Virus record (IMG/VR): IMGVR_UViG_3300025828_000014
DNA from: a virus
Length of the DNA stretch: 64,000 nt
Strand: one strand, 5' to 3'
The first letter of the stretch is position 1, and the number at the start of each line of letters is the position of its first letter. This document shows, piece by piece, positions 1 through 7,998 of this stretch. Both the position numbers and the translations under genes were made by a program. Below the pieces are notes generated by a model that saw only the letters and a list, made by a program, of their open reading frames with translations, was not told the origin of the DNA and made no database searches.

Positions 1-1
1 C

Positions 2-322
2 TATGAAAAATCATCAACCTACATCATGGGCAAGATGGATCAGCGCACAGGTATGGTTCGTCCAGACCATTCAAAGAGCTATAAGACAATGGCAGCTGCC
101 CAAGCTGCGCTCACACGTATGAGCAAACGTTATAGAGCAGACCTGCTTGAGACTGAGAACGATCCTGTGTTCCGTTATGGTATAGCAGAGGCCAACTACT
201 TCCACAAGACTATCGAGCGTAAGGTCGCTAAACGAAACTTGAGCTCGGGTATTGTATATGAGGAGACAATCAATACTCCTGCGCACATGAGCCCTGCCTC
301 AGAAACTTATTGGTCAATGTAA
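2..322 (+). CDS. Early-region hypothetical protein (5'-truncated by window edge)
   Basis: Frame is open from base 2 (YEKSSTYIMGK...); C-terminus TPAHMSPASETYWSM resembles small early phage proteins. Confidence 0.75.
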   Translation, partial: YEKSSTYIMGKMDQRTGMVRPDHSKSYKTMAAAQAALTRMSKRYRADLLETENDPVFRYGIAEANYFHKTIERKVAKRNLSSGIVYEETINTPAHMSPASETYWSM

Positions 323-330
323 AAAAGAGG

Positions 331-359
331 TTGACAACGTTTGCCCTGTATGCTATATT
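331..359 (+). promoter_or_regulatory. sigma70-type early promoter
   Basis: TTGACA-17 nt-TATATT, preceded by an A-rich tract. Confidence 0.85.
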
Positions 360-393
360 AAGTATATAGGGCAACAGACATAAGAGGGTAAAC

Positions 394-618
394 ATGTCTA
401 CAGATTTACGCAGCAGCACACCGGATGTAAGCCTAACAAGATTTTGGGCAGGCTTAGAGCAAAAGGTTCAAGTCACTACACCCCGTGCGTCAAACCTAGG
501 TCCGCTTACCACAGCAGACAAATTTTTTCAATCAATACAGCTCACACGTGACGAAGCCCGCAGCCTTGCGTTGGACTTGTTCCGTTTTGCTGAACATCAA
601 GAGTTGGAGGATGTATAA
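394..618 (+). CDS. Small early hypothetical protein
   Basis: 74-aa ORF, SD-like GAGG, directly after promoter. Confidence 0.8.
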   Translation: MSTDLRSSTPDVSLTRFWAGLEQKVQVTTPRASNLGPLTTADKFFQSIQLTRDEARSLALDLFRFAEHQELEDV

Positions 619-782
619 TGGACTATCGTGATCAACTGATTGAAATGATTGAGGATGGCATGCTTGATCCTATGATGGCAGTCACCATGTGCGTCAAGTG
701 GATGAGCAACGATGAAGTTGGTGAAATGCTTGATGCCAACGAACTATCAGATCGCTTTATGGAGACGGAAGATGCAGACTAA
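618..782 (+). CDS. Small acidic hypothetical protein (54 aa, not in ORF track)
   Basis: MDYRDQLIEMIEDGMLDPMMAVTMCVKWMSNDEVGEMLDANELSDRFMETEDAD; GGAGG SD; TAATG overlap with previous stop. Confidence 0.8.
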   Translation: MDYRDQLIEMIEDGMLDPMMAVTMCVKWMSNDEVGEMLDANELSDRFMETEDAD

Positions 783-945
783 CGATATCCTAGAACGCTT
801 GGACAACCTGTTGGATGATGTAGACGAGTGCATCCAACAGCTGCCAATCAAAGCAGAACGCAAGAAGCAACTCACCAGCATGGTATACGAACTGTGGATG
901 CAAGTAGAAGATGATGTTACTGTAACACCAGGAGACTTCGAATGA
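772..945 (+). CDS. Small helical hypothetical protein (57 aa)
   Basis: MQTNDILERLDNLL...; start moved to ATG 772 with GGAG/GGA upstream. Confidence 0.7.
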   Translation: MQTNDILERLDNLLDDVDECIQQLPIKAERKKQLTSMVYELWMQVEDDVTVTPGDFE

Positions 946-1073
946 GCAAGAGTGAATGGCGTTCAGAGATTGCGGGATACATCGTCATCACCATCTTCGC
1001 ATTAGGCTGGATGGACGTAGGCTTTGGTCCAGAATACACTTGGTGGAATTTAATTTACCAAATCGCCAATTAA
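942..1073 (+). CDS. Small membrane peptide (43 aa, not in ORF track)
   Basis: MSKSEWRSEIAGYIVITIFALGWMDVGFGPEYTWWNLIYQIAN; ATGA overlap, GGAG SD, one hydrophobic stretch. Confidence 0.7.
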   Translation: MSKSEWRSEIAGYIVITIFALGWMDVGFGPEYTWWNLIYQIAN

Positions 1074-1077
1074 ATGG

Positions 1078-1106
1078 TTGACACATCCTAGAGCTGTGTT
1101 AATATA
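1078..1106 (+). promoter_or_regulatory. sigma70-type early promoter
   Basis: TTGACA then TAATAT/AATATA at 16-17 nt. Confidence 0.75.
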
Positions 1107-1140
1107 AGTTATAGGGCAACAAGACATAGAGGAGCAACAC

Positions 1141-1497
1141 ATGTCTTACACTGTAGCAGAACTTAAGAAGATCATTGATGAAGCCAAAGCTGTAGCATAC
1201 ATGGAAGCTGATGCTTTTGAAAACAAATACTTTGCCGACGGTGGCTGGGGTGCATGTGGCTTTGCTTGGGTAGACATCTACAAGCACAATGATGTGCCGC
1301 TTAAAGGCAACACCAAACTAGGTAAGGCACTGAAGGCAGCAGGTGTAGAGCAGAACTGGCAGCGCACCTTTAGCATTTGGAACCCCAGCAAGTATCCTAC
1401 ACAGAACATAGATACACTAGAAGCTGGTGCTAGAGCAGCAGCAGAAGTGTTCCGCAAGTATGGCTTCACAGCTTACGCAGGTTCAAGACTGGACTAA
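1141..1497 (+). CDS. Phage hypothetical protein (CGFAWV motif)
   Basis: 118 aa, GAGGAG SD, GACGFAWV motif, ends SRLD. Confidence 0.85.
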   Translation: MSYTVAELKKIIDEAKAVAYMEADAFENKYFADGGWGACGFAWVDIYKHNDVPLKGNTKLGKALKAAGVEQNWQRTFSIWNPSKYPTQNIDTLEAGARAAAEVFRKYGFTAYAGSRLD

Positions 1498-1537
1498 GGT
1501 CATACATAATTCGCACAAGACGGCGTATGACCGTAGG

Positions 1538-1569
1538 AGGCAATCAGAAATGGTTGCCTTTTTTCTTTT
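1538..1569 (+). terminator. Rho-independent terminator ending the early block
   Basis: AGGCAATC-agaaat-GGTTGCCT stem followed by a T-tract. Confidence 0.85.
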
Positions 1570-1719
1570 GGTCGGTCGGTAAGAAAAAAAATTTTTTGGT
1601 CGGGGGGTCGCTTAGTAAATTATAAAATAAAATCAAGCACTTAGCGTAGTAGTGGGGTTGCAAAATCACCACCGTGAAACTGTAAGTAACTCCCTATAAA
1701 AAATTGCGCAGCAAAATTT

Positions 1720-1911
1720 TTACCCTGTAGGACCCTTTTCGGGAAAAAACTCTTTGGTAGGTCCATCATACCATGAATCAATCCAATCAGGTGGATTCTG
1801 CATTATATCACATATTGCACAATCCCAACTTATTGTAACAATCACACCCAGCATTATCACTATCAGTGCTACTACTGCTTTATAGTGTTTTGCGTCTTCA
1901 TTATACATCAC
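1720..1911 (-). CDS. Small membrane protein
   Basis: 63 aa with one strong TM segment (AVVALIVIMLGVIVTISW) and CxxC. Confidence 0.55.
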   Translation of the reverse strand: MMYNEDAKHYKAVVALIVIMLGVIVTISWDCAICDIMQNPPDWIDSWYDGPTKEFFPEKGPTG

Positions 1912-2117
1912 ACTGTATATATACTCTAGGTCTACCTTTCATCCTATTACGTGGACGCAACTGTTCGTCTATGAGTATAACACTAGGTATATAGAACATC
2001 AGTAATATAGGAATTACGGTGTATTTCATATTGTATATATAAAAAATCTCACATATAACGAGTGACGTAGTCTAACGAAGTTATCGAGCTTGCGAGATAT
2101 TCAAGGTTAAATATTGT

Positions 2118-2372
2118 ATGACACATTGGTTTATACGTGTAATACGTTCTAGCACTGATCCATTCAATTATCCTTATTTGGGTAAAGTTCAGTATTTCCG
2201 TATAGAACTCAAATATCATGATTTCGCAATAGTGGAGCATCCTGATTATCCTGGTCCATATCGTGCTAGGTTTATAGTAGCACATCCTTTAGAATCACGT
2301 ATAAGCTATATGGCTATGAAATATCACGATCGTATACCATTCTTATATGATAAAATAGAGTCTTTTGCATAA
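2118..2372 (+). CDS. Hypothetical protein
   Basis: 84 aa; TAAATA late-type box 4 nt before ATG. Confidence 0.65.
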   Translation: MTHWFIRVIRSSTDPFNYPYLGKVQYFRIELKYHDFAIVEHPDYPGPYRARFIVAHPLESRISYMAMKYHDRIPFLYDKIESFA

Positions 2373-2375
2373 CCT

Positions 2376-2417
2376 TGTCGTTAGCTACCGTATGACATGT
2401 CGTTAGGCACCGTATGA
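2376..2417. repeat. Tandem direct repeat, 2 x 20 bp, 22-bp period
   Basis: TGTCGTTAGCTACCGTATGA / TGTCGTTAGGCACCGTATGA. Confidence 0.85.
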
Positions 2418-2547
2418 GCCGGTGTGTGTAGAATTTATTTTGTATATTGGTATAGTAGTGTGGCTTGTGATTGCGTATTACCGCAAGCTGCTGTGCAGAT
2501 TTTTTGCTTAACCGTAAACGGCTTTTGGCGGCTGCACCGCTTCGCGG

Positions 2548-3663
2548 CTATTCGGGACCATACACACTCCAAGTTTTGCGCAACTGTCGTAATTCTCTGG
2601 GCAGTGGATTTGCACTCACACGATTCCGCAGTGTCTGTTGTGCTCCTGGTATGTCAATAAGGCGGTCTTGTGATTCCACACTACGCATAAAACGGTTGAG
2701 TCTCAGTGGGATCTGATCTTCCAAATCCCAGTGTGGCGGGTCTACAGGATAGCCCATTTCCACCAACTGATGATAGTAACCAACCTGTCCAAACGCAATG
2801 GTGTGTTGTCCTGCACATATACTGCGCCACAGTTTTTCTGTGTGGATCATGTGTGCATGTGTTTTGGTAGCAGCACTGTCTGCTACTATGTTTACTCTAG
2901 TTGCTTGATGCACACCTAGCAAACCTTCAGCACCGTATATGTCACCTGCATCTGAATGACAATACTGTTGTTCAAAACAATCGGGCAGTTTTTCAAAACA
3001 GTCCAAACTGTTCATCTCAGCTTGATTGTCAAACCAACGGATAGCAGCTTCTGGTTCTGGATACCAATGCAGTCTTTGTTCTACCCATCTAGCATAATCA
3101 GGACCTGTATTTTCATCTCCCCAATAGTTTCTCCAACCAACACTGCACATTGCATCAAGACCTCTGTTGCGGATTGTGTAGTATAGCCACATTCTGTCGT
3201 GTGTGGTTCTTCTGGCCAAATACAGGTATTCATTCATAAACCTCTGTTTGGGACGAGGCTGTTTGGTCCAGTGTCCACACATTTTCCATGTTTCATGTTC
3301 CCAGTGATTGTGTATCCAGTATGCACCAGGATAGGTATCCACTGCTAGTCTTCCTTGTGCAGGTGATAGCACTGCAAAGAATCGATCACCACGTATGCTT
3401 TGCACCAAGCGATGCAGATCTGGTTGATCGTGTCGCCATTTATTCCAACTCACAGCTTCTGTGCCTGCATACAGTATCACAGGTGCACCACTCTCAGCAA
3501 TAGAATATAGTTCTGGTTCGATATGGTCAAACATGTGTTCAACATCAAGTATATACACACCCAACCCTGAGGTGTCTGTGCTTGGTTCAATTGCCAAGTA
3601 TTCAATTCCGTTTATGTAAGGTAGATGTTGAGGTGGTATTTTAACAGGTAGCATGAGGTTCAC
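2548..3663 (-). CDS. Hypothetical protein, possible GT10-like glycosyltransferase fold
   Basis: 371 aa; HTEKLWRSI resembles the TEK motif of GT10-type proteins. Confidence 0.55.
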   Translation of the reverse strand: MNLMLPVKIPPQHLPYINGIEYLAIEPSTDTSGLGVYILDVEHMFDHIEPELYSIAESGAPVILYAGTEAVSWNKWRHDQPDLHRLVQSIRGDRFFAVLSPAQGRLAVDTYPGAYWIHNHWEHETWKMCGHWTKQPRPKQRFMNEYLYLARRTTHDRMWLYYTIRNRGLDAMCSVGWRNYWGDENTGPDYARWVEQRLHWYPEPEAAIRWFDNQAEMNSLDCFEKLPDCFEQQYCHSDAGDIYGAEGLLGVHQATRVNIVADSAATKTHAHMIHTEKLWRSICAGQHTIAFGQVGYYHQLVEMGYPVDPPHWDLEDQIPLRLNRFMRSVESQDRLIDIPGAQQTLRNRVSANPLPRELRQLRKTWSVYGPE

Positions 3664-4675
3664 AGTATTGTTTCAGTATGTTATTTACAGGCTCAAGATC
3701 CAATTGGTATTCATTTTGGAGCCAAGCATGGAATTGGAGAAATTGTTCAAATCGATTTTCTCCAGTTTGCCACATGTGATCCAATATTTTTTGATTGAGT
3801 ATATGAGGCGCATACAGTTGTTTTAGATCCTCAGGCATACAACTGAGATTTTGCCATTCTGGTGATTGTATCATTTCGTAGTGTATTTGCCACGTGGGAT
3901 AGTGCTGTGCAAACCAAGATTCCATTGGTTGTTGATCCAATGCATTGTATATACCCACTGCACTGTTTATAGCCAAATCAACTGCGGGTCTAGTTTGTGC
4001 AAGATCGGTCCACCAATCAAAGTGCGGTCTTTCTTGAGCTAGTGTGGGTGCACCTGGTCGCTGATACTGATTCACACAATCCAATCCATCTCTGCTAACA
4101 GTAACATGCAGTTGTTTGCAGCTGGTGAATATAGACTGTAGATAATCAGGAACTGGCACACTGTTGTTGGTATTGATTTCAACAGCAATTGTTTGCCAAT
4201 CCACATCAACCCATTCAACAAATTCTCGCAATCCGGGTGATATAAGAGGCTCACCTCCAAAGAATTTCACACGTTCTACTTGAGACCAATTGATGTTTTT
4301 GTAGTTCTCGTTGCGTAGTATGCGTTCTCCTGTAACACTGTATCCTAGGTATTTGATTTCACGTCTACTGCAACGATTGCTGTATTCGCTGCTGCACATC
4401 AAACATTCGTAATTGCACACATTGTCTACGCTGAGATCCACACTGGTTATTGCACCAGTAGCAGGTAGCTTTTGATTGAACCAATCACGCAATCCAGGTT
4501 GATTGCTACACACTGCACAGCCTGTAGGTGTTTCACCACGTAGCATTTGATCTTTGATAGATTGTCTGTCAAACTCAAGAGTATTAGGCCATGCACAGCA
4601 AGGAGTAAATGCACCCTCGGGTGTTATATGCACATTACTCCAAACTGCACTGCAAAATGTTTTACTCTTCTCCAT
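3641..4675 (-). CDS. Radical SAM protein with N-terminal twitch/SPASM-like Cys motif
   Basis: CNYECLMC (CxxxCxxC), FGGEP, N-terminal C...PCC...CxxC; start may extend to 4717. Confidence 0.85.
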   Translation of the reverse strand: MEKSKTFCSAVWSNVHITPEGAFTPCCAWPNTLEFDRQSIKDQMLRGETPTGCAVCSNQPGLRDWFNQKLPATGAITSVDLSVDNVCNYECLMCSSEYSNRCSRREIKYLGYSVTGERILRNENYKNINWSQVERVKFFGGEPLISPGLREFVEWVDVDWQTIAVEINTNNSVPVPDYLQSIFTSCKQLHVTVSRDGLDCVNQYQRPGAPTLAQERPHFDWWTDLAQTRPAVDLAINSAVGIYNALDQQPMESWFAQHYPTWQIHYEMIQSPEWQNLSCMPEDLKQLYAPHILNQKILDHMWQTGENRFEQFLQFHAWLQNEYQLDLEPVNNILKQYCEPHATC

Positions 4676-6308
4676 ATATATGTCTACGCCATTGTGAGAA
4701 CGTGTAGAGTTTTGCATCTACACAATTTATATAGTCACTGTTGTTTTGATGACGTATCACACCTGACCCTGAAACAATATCACCGTCTCTATACTTGAAA
4801 GGCTTTTGCACAGTAACGTCCACATACTCACCATAGTTGGTGCCCAGTGTAAGAAACGTAACATAGCGTCCGTTGCGTCCACGGAAGGTTCTACCATTGG
4901 CTATAACGCCTGCGAAGTTTACTCTTTCAAGAAACTTTTGTTTTACACCCATGCCAGGAGGAAAGCCTCTATGCCACCATCCTGGGTTTGAGTCTAGTCC
5001 ACGTCTATGTGCTTCGCACTGATATACCCATGGCTTGTATGAACCTTGGCAGTGTTTGAGATTGGCTCTCCAAAATGCTTCTGGGTTGTGTGCTTTTTGA
5101 TATGCAAGTGCCCAGATGAGTCTTCCGAGATTAACAGCATGAGCCCTGCAAAGTCCGAATCCACTAAGTTCTTGAAGGGCTGCCATTGCTTCTGCTTTTC
5201 TAGGATTGTTACCCAAACGTTCCACAAATTCAAGTATCTTTTCATCATTCTTTTTAGCAAATGCTCTCCTATACATATCGGCTTCATACATGTCTACACC
5301 GATGATGTTACTTATGATGTCAATGGCATCGTCCTCAAACACTATTGAATCCTGTATAACTTCTTGTGACCAGTCTTGAAACATAGCTGCTTTCTGTCTG
5401 CCCGACATAGCAACAGGTCTTACCATTGCTGTAGCAAACACACAATCCTGCACACAGGTGGGTTGTATAGCTCTAAACAGTCTACGCATAGCAGGCGATT
5501 CTCCTTGTGTAACACCTAGCACATCGCCTCTAGCAAGCAATTGACTGGTTGCTTTGTCAGTTTCTGGATAGTCTTCCAATGCTGTGTGCGGGTCTATCTC
5601 TAGTAGTTGTGATAGTCCTCTATTTGCTAGTATGTCTACCTTGAGATGTTCAAGGTCTTCTACTTCGTATTTGTCTAGTAGTATTTGATTGTCTTGTGAT
5701 ATTAATGATTTTGGTAATTGTCTAGTGAACATAACGATGCCTCCACAGTGTTTTGATATTGCTCTTTTCTTGCCTAGTAGTTTTCTTTCAATACGTTTTG
5801 CTTCAGTAGGATCAACGCCTACTGATTCATATGTAAAACCTCTAGGAAGATTACCTGTGGCGCCCAAGCGTTTGGCCGCTTCGCGTCTGGCACTCTTTGT
5901 TTTATACGTGACATAGTTGCTTAACCTAGCCGTTCTGCCGGGCCACTTTTTGAATATGCGATTCATAACTTCACCTTGTCGCCAATGTTCAAAGTCGATA
6001 TCAACATCAGGTAGGTCGTCACGGAGTGGGTTCATAAACCTCGCCACAGGAATCTTCCACTTGATGGGATCCACGTCTGTAATCCCAAGCAAGTAACACA
6101 CAAGACTGCTGCCTGCCGATCCACGTGTCATGTGCGTGAGATCCTCAGTTAGGTCTATGATATCACAAATTTGTAGGAAATAATCAGTGAAGCGTTGGTT
6201 TATTATTAATTCAAACTCTTCTACTATTCTTAATTTATATTCTGGATCATTTGGTATGGGCCTTTTAAATCTGTCCAGAAGCCTTTGCACGTTTTCTAAA
6301 TCTGTCAT
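4662..6308 (-). CDS. dnaE: C-family DNA polymerase (DnaE/Pol III alpha-like), PHP-less, C-terminal OB fold
   Basis: RGSAGSSLVCYLLGITDVDP, RFMNPLR, PDVDIDF, KVDIL, ESPAM, ADMYRRAF, CRAHA motifs. Confidence 0.92.
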   Translation of the reverse strand: MTDLENVQRLLDRFKRPIPNDPEYKLRIVEEFELIINQRFTDYFLQICDIIDLTEDLTHMTRGSAGSSLVCYLLGITDVDPIKWKIPVARFMNPLRDDLPDVDIDFEHWRQGEVMNRIFKKWPGRTARLSNYVTYKTKSARREAAKRLGATGNLPRGFTYESVGVDPTEAKRIERKLLGKKRAISKHCGGIVMFTRQLPKSLISQDNQILLDKYEVEDLEHLKVDILANRGLSQLLEIDPHTALEDYPETDKATSQLLARGDVLGVTQGESPAMRRLFRAIQPTCVQDCVFATAMVRPVAMSGRQKAAMFQDWSQEVIQDSIVFEDDAIDIISNIIGVDMYEADMYRRAFAKKNDEKILEFVERLGNNPRKAEAMAALQELSGFGLCRAHAVNLGRLIWALAYQKAHNPEAFWRANLKHCQGSYKPWVYQCEAHRRGLDSNPGWWHRGFPPGMGVKQKFLERVNFAGVIANGRTFRGRNGRYVTFLTLGTNYGEYVDVTVQKPFKYRDGDIVSGSGVIRHQNNSDYINCVDAKLYTFSQWRRHIYGEE

Positions 6309-6355
6309 CGTTGCCTCTTTTGTGTCTTGTAATGCCTAGCGTTTTTAAACGCAAG

Positions 6356-6589
6356 TTATTTAGCTTCGACAAGACTAGGATATTTGATTTTTAGAAAAGT
6401 TAAATGCTTTTTTTCTACATCGCAATAAAATGTGATGTTGTCTTTACTATATTCTTTCCATACACGACTACTATATTTTACTACATCATCAACAAGAGCA
6501 TCACCAACTTCATCTCTTAATGCATAAACATCTGTAGATTGATAATCAAAACAATGATTCATATCAATTCTTGCAACTAGTAATTTCAA
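6356..6589 (-). CDS. Hypothetical protein
   Basis: 77 aa, ATGA-coupled to the helicase gene. Confidence 0.7.
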   Translation of the reverse strand: MKLLVARIDMNHCFDYQSTDVYALRDEVGDALVDDVVKYSSRVWKEYSKDNITFYCDVEKKHLTFLKIKYPSLVEAK

Positions 6590-7998
6590 ACTTCGGTGCC
6601 CAAGTTGTTTATAAAAGCTCTCAACTGTGTGCTATCAGTATCTGCTTTGATTTTGCCTACTGTATCACCTTCACTTGGATCTTCAGTTAATGTTTCGTTT
6701 GTGCGTTTGAGTTGATCAAATACAGTTGACTTGCGCTTGTTAAATTCTTGATATTCTTCATCCTCGCCCAAATCACGTATACGCAAGCTGTCTACATCAA
6801 ACTCCAAATCAATCTTTTGTCCTACACCCGAACTACTACGTGTTTTCATCAACTGTATTTGATAGCGTCCACGTTCACGCATAGCTCTACTTGTAAAAAT
6901 ACCAATCAAGTTATCTGCTGTATTGATCTTTGAAATACCACCGGATATGTGGCTGTGATCAAATTCAATCTCTTCTACACTACTACGATTCAACTGCGAT
7001 GCTGTTACAAATAATGTATTAAGTTCCATAGCCAAGTTACGCAGTTCTTCAGACACATACTTGTCTTTGACAAACAAATTCTCTGCACTAATCTTAGCTG
7101 CAATAGGATGCATCAAATCCAAATAGTCAACAAGCAATACGTCTACCTTCTTGCCTGTTTTAATCTCATATTCTTTTAAATAACTTCTAATGTCATTTGC
7201 GTTCTTGCCAGTTGGCATATACTTGACTTGGAATGCACCTGCTTTCTTTCCAATCATTTTAACTTTCATTTCAACATCATCAATTGTTTTAAAGATGTCT
7301 CTACTTGGAATATCTGTAGTCATACTATCTACACGCATACTAACCAAGTTTTCACTAAGCTCAAATGTCAAATAGATTACATTCAATCCTGCCAATGCCC
7401 AGTTCACACCTAAGTTAGCTAAGAACAAACTCTTACCTGAACCCGAGCCGCCTGCAAAGATGTTAAGTTCGCCTCTGTTGAATCCACCAAATAATTTCTT
7501 ATCCAGTGCTGGCCAGCCTGTGCTTACCTGTCCGTTTTTGTCTTTAATTGCTTCTAGTCGTGCTCTTGGATCTTCCCAGTAATCTGTGCCTAAATCTTTT
7601 TGCAAACCAATTTGCACAGCCTTCTTAACTAAATCTTCAACTGGACCATATTCTCCTTTTTCCAACAAGTCTGCACTCTTAAGTATTGCTGCTTCTAGTG
7701 CCTTGTGCCTACTAAAAGTTTCAAACTCTTGTAGCAGCCAGTCATAATGATTCTCTGCTAAAGCGCCTGGATTTTTTAAGTCACTTTTAGTTGCAGCATT
7801 AACCATATCAAATGTTGGAAGTGCATTGTGTTCAACTACATAATCGTTGATAAACTTTGCGGGCTCTACTAAACGTCTGTCAAATGTGTTTGCATCAAAC
7901 ACAGATTGTGCCCGCACAAAACTTTCTGCATCTGTTAAAAACATTTCAAGATATACTTTTTGTATATCATATCCATAATCTGTGTTTTGTCTTGTCAT
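6586..7998 (-). CDS. dnaB: Replicative DNA helicase (DnaB/T4 gp41-like)
   Basis: Walker A GGSGSGKS, LVDYLDL, TASQLNR, KTR motifs. Confidence 0.95.
   Translation of the reverse strand: MTRQNTDYGYDIQKVYLEMFLTDAESFVRAQSVFDANTFDRRLVEPAKFINDYVVEHNALPTFDMVNAATKSDLKNPGALAENHYDWLLQEFETFSRHKALEAAILKSADLLEKGEYGPVEDLVKKAVQIGLQKDLGTDYWEDPRARLEAIKDKNGQVSTGWPALDKKLFGGFNRGELNIFAGGSGSGKSLFLANLGVNWALAGLNVIYLTFELSENLVSMRVDSMTTDIPSRDIFKTIDDVEMKVKMIGKKAGAFQVKYMPTGKNANDIRSYLKEYEIKTGKKVDVLLVDYLDLMHPIAAKISAENLFVKDKYVSEELRNLAMELNTLFVTASQLNRSSVEEIEFDHSHISGGISKINTADNLIGIFTSRAMRERGRYQIQLMKTRSSSGVGQKIDLEFDVDSLRIRDLGEDEEYQEFNKRKSTVFDQLKRTNETLTEDPSEGDTVGKIKADTDSTQLRAFINNLGTEV

Noticed and set aside
712-771. ORF-track start at 712
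   Set aside because: It overlaps the 618-782 gene; the start at 772 fits better
2376-2417. Possible CRISPR mini-array
   Set aside because: Only two copies separated by 2 nt; no spacers and no cas genes
2424-2716. + strand ORFs 2424-2660 and 2471-2716
   Set aside because: Non-ATG starts, overlap with the 371-aa gene, no coding-like features
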